This document shows positions 35,130-42,316 of a stretch of DNA of 64,000 bases, in pieces. The position numbers and the translations under genes are program-made. Position 1 is the stretch's first letter. Each line of letters starts with the position of its first letter. The stretch is from Patescibacteria group bacterium (lineage in GTDB: Bacteria; Patescibacteriota; Patescibacteriia; Patescibacteriales; JBAZCA01). The notes beneath the pieces were generated by a model. That model ran no database searches, was not told the origin of the DNA, and saw nothing but the letters and a program-made list of their open reading frames with translations. The DNA is taken from the NCBI GenBank assembly GCA_041661405.1, contig JBAZUL010000001.1, positions 28,403 to 92,402 on the forward strand. Reading direction: 5' to 3'.

Positions 35130-35978
35130 TTAATCGTATTTAATATATAGTCCAACGCCAACTTCTTTTAAATTTGTTACTTTTGATAAAGCGATTTTTG
35201 AATCTAAATCAACGCAATGACAAGCATGTAATTTAGACGTTTTCAGTTCTTGGAAATAATTGAGAGTGCCTGAGAGTTGTTTTTCTGAGGGTTGCATTAA
35301 ATGAAAACCACCAATAACGTCTAAAACTTTTTCTTCACCACAAACCTTTTTGGCGTATTCAACAATATTACAGATACCTGAATGAGAGCAACCAGTTATG
35401 ATAATAAGACCCTCTTTACCTTTGTAAGCTAGTGCAGTGTCATCAAGCAAATAGTCAGGTTCCATCTTCCCATCAATATGAATTTCTCCAACAGGTGATT
35501 TGTTTTCAAAGTCATTGCTTCTTTCTATTTCACCAAGAAAAACAAGTTTATCTGTAAGCCAAAAAGGTTCTTTGTGTGATTCAATTTGAAAATGCTTATC
35601 TAATTTTGATTGCGGAATAGTACAACCTATCTCTTTTAGACCATCAGCTGACCTTGTTTCAAAAATCGCTGGGTGAGCAATTAGTTTAGGATCTTTGTGG
35701 GGGATAGACTCAATCTTTGCCTCAGTATATAGCTTTAAAAGCGGATCAAGCCCCCAAGTGTGATCCATATGTGCATGGGAGAGAACGATAAAATCGCTTT
35801 GTAGCAAATTTAAATTAAGTTTTTGCGCATTAATAATAAAGGCGTTGGAATAACCAACATCGAATAATATTTGCCTAGATTCATCTTCTATTAAATAAGA
35901 TACTCCCGGTTCACCAAGAAAGTATCTATCTATTAAAGTATTGTTGTCGATTAATACTGTTAGCTTCATAAATTTCAC
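35130..35978 (-). CDS. MBL-fold metallo-hydrolase (COG1237-like)
   Basis: 282 aa with HAHMDHTWG (HxHxDH) and later His/Asp/Cys ligand positions. AT-rich. Confidence 0.8.
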   Translation of the reverse strand: MKFMKLTVLIDNNTLIDRYFLGEPGVSYLIEDESRQILFDVGYSNAFIINAQKLNLNLLQSDFIVLSHAHMDHTWGLDPLLKLYTEAKIESIPHKDPKLIAHPAIFETRSADGLKEIGCTIPQSKLDKHFQIESHKEPFWLTDKLVFLGEIERSNDFENKSPVGEIHIDGKMEPDYLLDDTALAYKGKEGLIIITGCSHSGICNIVEYAKKVCGEEKVLDVIGGFHLMQPSEKQLSGTLNYFQELKTSKLHACHCVDLDSKIALSKVTNLKEVGVGLYIKYD

Positions 35979-36011
35979 TTAGAAAAATGGATATAATTTC
36001 GTATAACTGAA

Positions 36012-36260
36012 CTATATTCTGCAAAGATTTTTATAAAATAGTTTGCTTTTTTGCGCTTTCAAAAATTTTTCTCTTCTCATAGCATTTCCTCTATCTTTAA
36101 ATTTTTCTTCATAAACCTTAATCCATTCGCCATCATATTTTGCCGTATATGTTGATAAACCCGAATTGTGCTCAATCAGCCTCTTTTTAACATCATATGT
36201 TTGACCAATATAAAATTTGTCATGCTTTTTATTATGTATTAAATAGACATAATAATTCAT
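36012..36260 (-). CDS. Small GIY-YIG nuclease family protein
   Basis: 82 aa. YYVYLI...KFYIGQT...RLIEHN...GEW...R(E)KFLK matches the GIY-YIG core. The ATG (36260-36258) lies one nucleotide after the tRNA-Val discriminator base. Confidence 0.85.
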   Translation of the reverse strand: MNYYVYLIHNKKHDKFYIGQTYDVKKRLIEHNSGLSTYTAKYDGEWIKVYEEKFKDRGNAMRREKFLKAQKSKLFYKNLCRI

Positions 36261-36261
36261 G

Positions 36262-36335
36262 TGGGTTTAAGAGGGCTCGAACCTCTGACCTCCACGATGT
36301 CAACGTGGCGCTCTAACCAACTGAGCTATAAACCC
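36262..36335 (-). tRNA. tRNA-Val (anticodon GAC)
   Basis: Manual cloverleaf: GGGTTTA TA GCTC AGTTGGTTA GAGC G CCACG TTGACAT CGTGG AGGTC AGAGG TTCGAGC CCTCT TAAACCC A. 74 nt, no encoded CCA. Confidence 0.9.
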
Positions 36336-36355
36336 AAAAAAATATTTAATTTATT

Positions 36356-36411
36356 CCTCCACGATGTCAATCCCGAGGACTCGGGACTCTAACCAACTGA
36401 GCTAGCCGCCC
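36356..36411 (-). pseudogene. tRNA-Val-like fragment X, 5' portion with a palindrome in place of the anticodon-stem 5' strand
   Basis: GGGCGGC TA GCTC AGTTGGTTA GAG then the palindrome TCCCGAGTCCTCGGGA, then TTGACATCGTGGAGG. It shares a 36-nt repeat (36362-36397) with 35024-35059. Confidence 0.55.
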
Positions 36412-36432
36412 AATACGATTATAAACTCAATG

Positions 36433-36506
36433 TGCGCCCAGATGGACTTGAACCATCGACCCCGGCTTTATAAGAGCCGTGCTCTAACCAGCTGAGCTAT
36501 GGGCGC
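36433..36506 (-). tRNA. tRNA-Ile (anticodon UAU)
   Basis: Manual cloverleaf: GCGCCCA TA GCTC AGCTGGTTA GAGC A CGGCT CTTATAA AGCCG GGGTC GATGG TTCAAGT CCATC TGGGCGC A. 74 nt. Confidence 0.85.
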
Positions 36507-36520
36507 AATGTTTTATCTTT

Positions 36521-36583
36521 CTTTTTTCAGAGGCGTGCTCCCTGCCTGCCGGCAGGCAGGTAACCAGCTGAGCTATGGGCGCC
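36521..36583 (-). pseudogene. Partial duplicate of the tRNA-Ile 5' half interrupted by a 20-nt perfect palindrome
   Basis: GCGCCCATAGCTCAGCTGGTTA + CCTGCCTGCCGGCAGGCAGG + GAGCACGCCTCTGAAAAAAG. It has no T arm and no acceptor 3' strand. Confidence 0.6.
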
Positions 36584-36635
36584 ATATATCAAATCCACCT
36601 CCACAAACGAACTTATATTCAGGTTAACACTAATA

Positions 36636-37781
36636 TTATACCTTTTCAAGAATAACTTTCAATTTCTCTTCCAGCATCCCGATTATCCGCTTTTCGCCGT
36701 CAGCAAAGGGCTCGTTCAAATCAAACTTGACGAGAGTTTTTCCTCCGGCCGGATTGTATTCCGCCGCGAGTTCCATGGAATTAAGGTTCCTGGCGGCGTG
36801 CAAAAAGACCCGGGTTTTTCCTTCTTCATTCTCAAAAATCAGGGCAATGACTTTTGCGGCCGGAACGTTCGTTATCATCTCTTCTATCACTTCTTCAAGG
36901 TCGGCTTCAACCGATCCGGTTTTTAAAAAATCGCTTTGCCCGAGAACTGACCAGATAAGCCGGTCGTTTAACGAACTTTCCAGGCGGGCGAGCACCCGGC
37001 CCCAAAGTTTTAACACGTTAAAAGAACGGGAGCGGAAAAGCTGGTTAATAATTTCGTCCTTCCGGGCGCCGGAAGCTATCAGGTCCGAAGCCGTTTCCAG
37101 CACCCGCGGAGTGATGGTTCTGGATCTAAAATTCCTTGTGCCCGAAATTATGCCTGCCAAAAGGCAAGTGGCGATATCCTCGTCCATGAGACCCTCGCCG
37201 AGCGTTTTAAAAAACGGAAAAAGAATTTCCGCGAGCGAAACCGCCGTGAGCTCTATTAAGTTAACCTGGCCGAAACTCTCGTTGTCCGGGCCGTTATCAA
37301 TATTTATGAGCGGGGTCTTATAAAAAAAGTCCGGGTTGTTCTCAAAAATCCGTCCAAGCGATTCAAGATCCGGAGCGCCGACCGCGACAACGAGGTCATA
37401 CTTATATCCGCAGGCGCAGGAAGTAACTTCCCGGCCGGTAAAAACTCCTTCTTTGGGGGTGATGATAAAATCCAGCCGTCCGTCTTCAATTACGTATTTA
37501 ACCTGATCAACTTTGGTTTGGGAAATATCAAGCGATACGATTAAATTCTGCAAACCCTCAACCGCTTCTTTAATTTCCATAAAACCGGGCAAAAAACTCA
37601 GGTCTTTTCTGCCGACGGCACCCTCTATAATCAGGTCCGCGCTTTTGCCCATCTTTTTTAAATACAAAAAAAGAGCCAGGGCGTTAGCCGGAGCGTCTTT
37701 ATTATCATCCCGCGGGGCGACAATGAGAATATTTTCGGATTTTTTAATCTGTTCTTCGGCTTGCTTTCTTTCTGATAACAT
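36636..37781 (-). CDS. DHH/DHHA1 family (NrnA-like) protein with degenerate catalytic motifs
   Basis: 381 aa with an NrnA-like layout. The position expected for DHH reads DNG (LINIDNGPDNESFG), and motif I reads APRDDNKDAPANALAL. Confidence 0.6.
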   Translation of the reverse strand: MLSERKQAEEQIKKSENILIVAPRDDNKDAPANALALFLYLKKMGKSADLIIEGAVGRKDLSFLPGFMEIKEAVEGLQNLIVSLDISQTKVDQVKYVIEDGRLDFIITPKEGVFTGREVTSCACGYKYDLVVAVGAPDLESLGRIFENNPDFFYKTPLINIDNGPDNESFGQVNLIELTAVSLAEILFPFFKTLGEGLMDEDIATCLLAGIISGTRNFRSRTITPRVLETASDLIASGARKDEIINQLFRSRSFNVLKLWGRVLARLESSLNDRLIWSVLGQSDFLKTGSVEADLEEVIEEMITNVPAAKVIALIFENEEGKTRVFLHAARNLNSMELAAEYNPAGGKTLVKFDLNEPFADGEKRIIGMLEEKLKVILEKV

Positions 37782-37814
37782 AGTTTAACAATGGGGAGTT
37801 TCACGCGACACTTT

Positions 37815-37843
37815 AATATATACAAAAACCGACTGACTGTCAA
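37815..37843 (-). promoter_or_regulatory. Predicted promoter of the DHH-like gene
   Basis: The minus strand reads TTGACA - 17 nt - TATATT. Confidence 0.6.
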
Positions 37844-37900
37844 ACGCCGAGCGTGTGAGCAAGGCGTCCCGCAGCCAAAGGCATGCGGGATCTCTGCGCA
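37838..37900 (+). repeat. Promoter-associated structured repeat, type 1, copy R4
   Basis: TGTCAAACGCCGAGCGTGTGAGCAAGGCGTCCCGCAGCCaaaGGCATGCGGGATCTCTGCGCA. The left terminus is the -35 of the promoter for the 36636..37781 gene. Confidence 0.7.
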
Positions 37901-37919
37901 AATATTGAACTTACGACTT

Positions 37920-39761
37920 CTAGGTCTCCAGTAATTTCTTTGACAGCTCTTTTATAATCGTTTTCGGGGTTATTCCGTGGGCAATATTATACTCTTCCTG
38001 CCTTTTCCGGCGGCGGTTGGTTTCCGAGATGGCAAAACTCATGGCCGGGGTGGTCTTCTCGGCGTACATGATGACTTTGCCGTCAACGTTTCTCGCCGCC
38101 CGGCCGATAGTCTGCAGAAGTGAAGTTTCATTCCTTAAAAATCCGGACATGTCCGCGTCCAATATGGCGACGAGCGAAACTTCGGGAAGATCAAGCCCTT
38201 CGCGAAGCAGGTTGATCCCAACGATGACGTCCACTTTTCCGCTTCTTAAATCATTTAAAATATCCACCCGGTCCAGGGTGTCAATTTCTGAGTGCAAATA
38301 TTTAACCTTTATAAGGTTTTCGGTAAGGTACTCGGCAAGCTCTTCAGCCATCCTTTTAGTCAGGGTGGTAACGAGCGCCCGCTGTTTTTTCTCCACCCTC
38401 AACTTAATTTCCCGAATCAAATCTTCCAGCTGGTTTTTCCCCGGCCGGACTTCAATTGCCGGATCCATGAGCCCGGTCGGCCGGATGATCTGCTCGGCTA
38501 TTTGCTTTGAATTGCTGATTTCAAAAACCGACGGCGTGGCGCTCACGTAAATCACCTTATTTATCTTTTCCCTAAATTCGTCAAAATTAAGCGGCCGGTT
38601 ATCTTTAGCGCTCGGCAGGCGGAAGCCGAAACTGACAAGGGTTTCTTTTCTTGACTGGTCGCCCGCGTACATGCCCCGGATCTGCGGCAGGGTAACATGC
38701 GACTCGTCAATGAACAAAAGATAATCTTTTGGAAAAAAATCAATAAGCGTTGAAGGCGGCGATCCCGGCTCCCGGCCGGATAAATGGCGCGAATAATTTT
38801 CAATGCCGTTGCAGTAGCCGACCTGTTCAATCATTTCCAGATCATAATTAGTTTTCCGCTCAAGGCGATAGGCTTCCACGTCCTTTTTTTCTTTTTTTAA
38901 AATCTCAAGCCTTAGAGAGAGTTCCTGCCGGATGCCGGTAATAGCGCCTTTTATTTTTGCTTCCGGCGCCATGTAATGTTTGGCCGGAAGAATCATAACT
39001 TTTTCCAGTTCCACGCCGTCCTTTTCGTAAAGCCCTTCCATCCAGGGTTTTTTCGGGTCTTCCGGGTGAACCGCGAACTGGGTGATCTTTTCAATCGTAT
39101 CGCCGGCCATGGCGATCCGGACGATAAACTCGCCGTTGACGAGAAAAATGTCAATCGTATCGCCTCTTACCCGGAATTTTCCCCGGTAAAATTCTTTTTC
39201 ATTCCGCTCAAACTGAATTTTTACCAGTTCGGCTAAAATCATATTGCGCTTCATTTTCTGCCCGCGGAAAAAAAACCGCCCCAAAGCGAGATAGTCTTCT
39301 TTTTCGCCGATGCCGTAGATGCAGGAAACGCTGGCAATAACTATCACGTCGTCCCGGAATAATAATGACTGAGTGGAAGCGTGCCGCAGGCGGTCAATTT
39401 CCTCGTTAATGGTCGCTTCTTTTTCAATGTAGGTGTCAGTATGCGGAATATAGGCTTCAGGCTGGTAATAATCGTAATAGGAAACAAAATAATGCACGGC
39501 GTTTTCCGGAAAAAAATGCCGGAACTCCCCGTAAAGTTGGGCGGCCAAAGTTTTGTTATGGGAGATTATGAGGGTCGGTTTTTGCGTTTTTTCTATGATC
39601 CCGGCCATGGTAAAAGTTTTGCCCGAGCCGGTCACCCCGAGCAAAGTCTGGTCTTTGTAGCCCTTGCGAAGACCCGCCGTTAGCGTTTCAATCGCTTTAG
39701 GCTGATCCCCGGCCGGTTTGTATTCTGAATGGATTTTAAATTTCATAACTTCATTAAACAT
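37920..39761 (-). CDS. uvrB: Excinuclease ABC subunit B, short form lacking the C-terminal UVR domain
   Basis: 613 aa. [12 protein letters not shown] Walker [10 protein letters not shown] and QTIGRAARN. The protein ends shortly after HGITPKTI, where full-length UvrB has ~50 more residues. Confidence 0.93.
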   Translation of the reverse strand: MFNEVMKFKIHSEYKPAGDQPKAIETLTAGLRKGYKDQTLLGVTGSGKTFTMAGIIEKTQKPTLIISHNKTLAAQLYGEFRHFFPENAVHYFVSYYDYYQPEAYIPHTDTYIEKEATINEEIDRLRHASTQSLLFRDDVIVIASVSCIYGIGEKEDYLALGRFFFRGQKMKRNMILAELVKIQFERNEKEFYRGKFRVRGDTIDIFLVNGEFIVRIAMAGDTIEKITQFAVHPEDPKKPWMEGLYEKDGVELEKVMILPAKHYMAPEAKIKGAITGIRQELSLRLEILKKEKKDVEAYRLERKTNYDLEMIEQVGYCNGIENYSRHLSGREPGSPPSTLIDFFPKDYLLFIDESHVTLPQIRGMYAGDQSRKETLVSFGFRLPSAKDNRPLNFDEFREKINKVIYVSATPSVFEISNSKQIAEQIIRPTGLMDPAIEVRPGKNQLEDLIREIKLRVEKKQRALVTTLTKRMAEELAEYLTENLIKVKYLHSEIDTLDRVDILNDLRSGKVDVIVGINLLREGLDLPEVSLVAILDADMSGFLRNETSLLQTIGRAARNVDGKVIMYAEKTTPAMSFAISETNRRRKRQEEYNIAHGITPKTIIKELSKKLLET

Positions 39762-39771
39762 TGATCAATAA

Positions 39772-40062
39772 TCAATTTGCTAACTTCAGCATGGTTTCAT
39801 AATTATCTTCCTCCGCTTTTTTTACCCGATGCTCATACCCGCACTTCTCGCATTTATAGACTATTCTCGTCTCCCCATGTTTCAATTCCAGCCCCATAGG
39901 TTTCATAAGCCCCCGGCAATCGGCCACCCGGTCGCCCGGGTTTACGTCAACATGCCGCGACCAAAGGCAAACCGGGCAATGGTCTGTATAGCCGTCGCCC
40001 TTCACCTTTGCCCCGCAGTTTCCGCACGCAAAGTCTTCAATAGTTCTTTGAAACTTTCGCAT
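39772..40062 (-). CDS. RNHCP domain-containing small zinc-ribbon protein
   Basis: 96 aa. FACGNCG ... HCPVCLWSRHVD ... CRGLMKP ... YKCEKCG. Contains the HCP motif and four Cys pairs. Confidence 0.65.
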   Translation of the reverse strand: MRKFQRTIEDFACGNCGAKVKGDGYTDHCPVCLWSRHVDVNPGDRVADCRGLMKPMGLELKHGETRIVYKCEKCGYEHRVKKAEEDNYETMLKLAN

Positions 40063-40108
40063 ACCTTAATTAACCTGGCATTAATTCATAAACTACTTGA
40101 AAGGATTG

Positions 40109-40137
40109 ATTATATCATGCTAATCTAAGCATGTAAA
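40109..40137 (-). promoter_or_regulatory. Predicted promoter of the RNHCP-uvrB unit
   Basis: The minus strand reads TTTACA - 17 nt - TATAAT. Confidence 0.6.
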
Positions 40138-40185
40138 TGCCGAGCGTGCGAGCGAGGCATCCCGCCGGCGAAGCTGGCGGGATCT
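40132..40185 (+). repeat. Promoter-associated structured repeat, type 1, copy R5
   Basis: TGTAAATGCCGAGCGTGCGAGCGAGGCATCCCGCCggcgaagctGGCGGGATCT. The left terminus is the -35 (TTTACA) of the RNHCP gene promoter. The right end lies 6 nt before tRNA-Val(CAC). Confidence 0.7.
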
Positions 40186-40191
40186 AACATA

Positions 40192-40265
40192 GGACAATTA
40201 GCTCAGTTGGTTAGAGCGCACGCTTCACACGCGTGAGGTCGGAGGTTCGAGCCCTCCATTGTCCA
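40192..40265 (+). tRNA. tRNA-Val (anticodon CAC)
   Basis: GGACAAT TA GCTC AGTTGGTTA GAGC G CACGC TTCACAC GCGTG AGGTC GGAGG TTCGAGC CCTCC ATTGTCC A. 74 nt. Confidence 0.9.
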
Positions 40266-40269
40266 CTTT

Positions 40270-40306
40270 TCAAAAAGACATTCTATAAAGAATGCCTTTT
40301 TTTATT
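40270..40306. terminator. Bidirectional terminator between tRNA-Val(CAC) and clpP
   Basis: GACATTCT-ataa-AGAATGCC followed by TTTTTTT. An A run lies on the other side. Confidence 0.65.
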
Positions 40307-40325
40307 TCTATTGTCTGTTGCCTAA

Positions 40326-40904
40326 TCACTTCGTAATAATCTTATCAATAATCCCGTATTTTTTCGCTTCTTCGGCGCTCATAAAATTATCGCGGTCAGT
40401 ATCATGCTCAATCGTGGCGAGCTTCTGCCCGGTATGGCCGGCTAAGATATTATTCAGCCGGTCTTTTAATTTCAGTATCCGCTCGGCGCCGATTTTTATG
40501 TCCGTCGCCTGCCCCTCAATCCCGCCCATGATCTGATGGATCATGATTTCCGAATTAGGGAGAGCGAATCTCTTTCCTTTGGCTCCGGCGGCCAGTAAAA
40601 ACGCGCCCATGCTCGCGGCGAGTCCGACGCAAATCGTTGAAACGTCGGGCTTGATATATTGCATGGTGTCGTAAATCGCTAACCCTGATGAAACCGAACC
40701 GCCCGGGGAATTAATATAAAACTTAATTTCCTTGTCTTTGTCGGCGGCGGCTAAAAAGAGGAGTTGGGCGATGACGATATTGGCCGTATGGTCGCCGATC
40801 GGCTCGCCCAAAAATATGATCCGGTCTTTTAAAAGCCGGGAATAGATGTCGTAAGCCCGTTCGCCGTGGGTGGATTTTTCAATGACTGTTGGTATTAATG
40901 GCAT
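40326..40904 (-). CDS. clpP: ATP-dependent Clp protease proteolytic subunit
   Basis: 192 aa. [19 protein letters not shown] (catalytic Ser) and MIHQ (His). Confidence 0.96.
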   Translation of the reverse strand: MPLIPTVIEKSTHGERAYDIYSRLLKDRIIFLGEPIGDHTANIVIAQLLFLAAADKDKEIKFYINSPGGSVSSGLAIYDTMQYIKPDVSTICVGLAASMGAFLLAAGAKGKRFALPNSEIMIHQIMGGIEGQATDIKIGAERILKLKDRLNNILAGHTGQKLATIEHDTDRDNFMSAEEAKKYGIIDKIITK

Positions 40905-40940
40905 AAGATTGAAAGTTAAAATTATTTTTATCCTGATTCT

Positions 40941-40969
40941 ACTTTAATTGAATAACCCCATCTTGTCAA
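40941..40969 (-). promoter_or_regulatory. Predicted promoter of clpP
   Basis: The minus strand reads TTGACA - 17 nt - TAAAGT. Confidence 0.5.
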
Positions 40970-41392
40970 AATTTCCTTAATTTTTTATGAACATGCCCGA
41001 TCCGCGATACTAAACAATTTTGTTAACTATTCTGAATTACGCGATCCCCGGATTTTAATATTTCTTGTTCCATGTTCTATGTTGCGTGTTTATGTATATT
41101 TACCACCCCATTTTTCCCTTTCCCTCGCAATATCTTGACAACCCCCTCTCTCTTGTGCGAGAATTTATTTTAGATGAGCCGGGGTTCAATGTTGACCTTA
41201 CCCTCCAAGAGACGCAATGTCTCTTTTCTTGTGGGAAGCTCGTAGCATCCACCTCGACTCAGGCTTATACCTGTCCTTTACATTTAACGTGACTTTTACT
41301 TCTAGGGGAAGTGACCTCCCCGCAGACACATAGCCACAGGAAAGGCTATGATCAGGTCGCAAAAACCCAACAACTCAATGGAGGTTTTTTTC

Positions 41393-41995
41393 GTGAAAAG
41401 GATCCTCGTCGCACTCGCAATCGGTGCCCTGCTCCTGTTCCCACTGGTGGGAACGGTCGTAGCGGAGCCCATCGGCGCACCCCAACCGGCGGCAGTAGTC
41501 GCCGTTGCAACACCCAATGTTTGTTCCACCCTGACGAACATCTCGGATGTCGGCTATTACCCGGGTCCCGCATCGCTGAGTGGCGCCCATTTTCTGAAAC
41601 TCTCAAACAATGATGCAAGACCCGTGGTCCTGACCGCCCCGTTGATTTCCTTGGCTGGCCAGACCTACATCGATCAAGCAGCTCAGTCCCAGAAGCTGGA
41701 AGCCAGCGCATGCGTGACCGGAGTGGTCGATTTCGCGCAGGCTTTCCCCGTGGCAAGGAACAACCTGGTGATCTCATGTGAAGGAGCGGCCATCTTCCCG
41801 GCCGAGCTTGCCCTGACGACGTTGACCTGGAATTCCTGCATCGGACAGATCACCGAAAACCCCTTTACTCTCACTTTCCTGTTGGCCGATCCCGCTGACG
41901 GTCTCTCTCTGGCCACCGTGCTCAAGTTGCCGATTCAGACCTCCTCCACTCTGACGGGCGAATGCTTTGGCTATGGGACTCTGGCCGCCATCTAG
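41393..41995 (+). CDS. Secreted hypothetical protein (GC-rich island)
   Basis: The track ORF is 41348..41995. The likely start is GTG at 41393, 8 nt after GGAGG (41380-41384). Signal peptide VKRILVALAIGALLLFPLVGTVVA, five Cys, no recognisable domain. GC clearly higher than surroundings. Confidence 0.6.
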   Translation: MKRILVALAIGALLLFPLVGTVVAEPIGAPQPAAVVAVATPNVCSTLTNISDVGYYPGPASLSGAHFLKLSNNDARPVVLTAPLISLAGQTYIDQAAQSQKLEASACVTGVVDFAQAFPVARNNLVISCEGAAIFPAELALTTLTWNSCIGQITENPFTLTFLLADPADGLSLATVLKLPIQTSSTLTGECFGYGTLAAI

Positions 41996-42005
41996 GCGAG
42001 AAGTG

Positions 42006-42090
42006 GGTGAAAGTTCACGTTTAAGTAGTTCTTTTTTAATTCGCCCGACACTAAAGGGCCACTCGCAAATACCAGCGAGAAACGTGAATT
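42006..42090. repeat. 17-bp inverted repeat GGTGAAAGTTCACGTTT / AAACGTGAATTTTCACC
   Basis: One mismatch. The arms enclose ~50 nt immediately after the secreted-protein gene. Confidence 0.6.
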
Positions 42091-42095
42091 TTCAC

Positions 42096-42136
42096 CCCGA
42101 CAAGAAAACCAATTTCTTCTCGGGGTTTTCTTTTGT
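42096..42136 (+). terminator. Terminator after the secreted-protein gene
   Basis: CCCCGACAAGAAA-acca-ATTTCTTCTCGGGG followed by TTTTCTTTTG. Confidence 0.7.
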
Positions 42137-42244
42137 CTGAACCACTGATTCTCACTGATTTACCTGATTACATGGATAGCATTTAGTTTGTTTATTTTAA
42201 ATCAGTGAAATCATCATAATCACGTGAAAATCAGTGGTTCAGAC
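42135..42244. repeat. Nested inverted repeat (GTCTGAACCACTGATT ... AATCAGTGGTTCAGAC)
   Basis: Perfect 16-bp outer arms. Inner arms are CTCACTGATTT / AAATCAGTGAAA. The element is about 110 nt. Confidence 0.7.
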
Positions 42245-42281
42245 AATCTCAGCGAAATCAACAGCTCAGACAATAAATAAA

Positions 42282-42310
42282 TTGACTTTTGCCTTTGTAA
42301 AGGTTAATAT
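42282..42310 (+). promoter_or_regulatory. Predicted promoter of the HEPN-MNT operon (leaderless transcript likely)
   Basis: TTGACT - 17 nt - TAATAT. The -10 ends 6 nt before the ATG at 42317, and no Shine-Dalgarno sequence is possible. Confidence 0.6.
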
Positions 42311-42316
42311 TTAAAC

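Larger units (their letters stand above)
34898..36279 (-). mobile_element. Putative remnant of a tRNA-Val-associated insertion (GIY-YIG + MBL genes) bracketed by a 20-nt direct repeat
   Basis: TGTGGGTTTAAGAGGGCTCG occurs at 34898-34917 and at 36260-36279. The latter is the 3' end of tRNA-Val(GAC). The interior is visibly AT-richer than the flanks. No integrase present. Confidence 0.45.

Noticed and set aside
34991-36411. Fragment X as an intron-containing or split functional tRNA (for example a group I intron carrying the GIY-YIG gene)
   Set aside because: The interruption contains a complete independent tRNA-Val and two ORFs, and it is flanked by a 36-nt direct duplication, which introns do not create. 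Even the rejoined sequence lacks a pairable anticodon stem.
41302-41995. Multiple overlapping ORFs in other frames and on the other strand of the GC-rich island
   Set aside because: High GC suppresses stop codons. Only the 41393..41995 frame has an RBS and a signal peptide.
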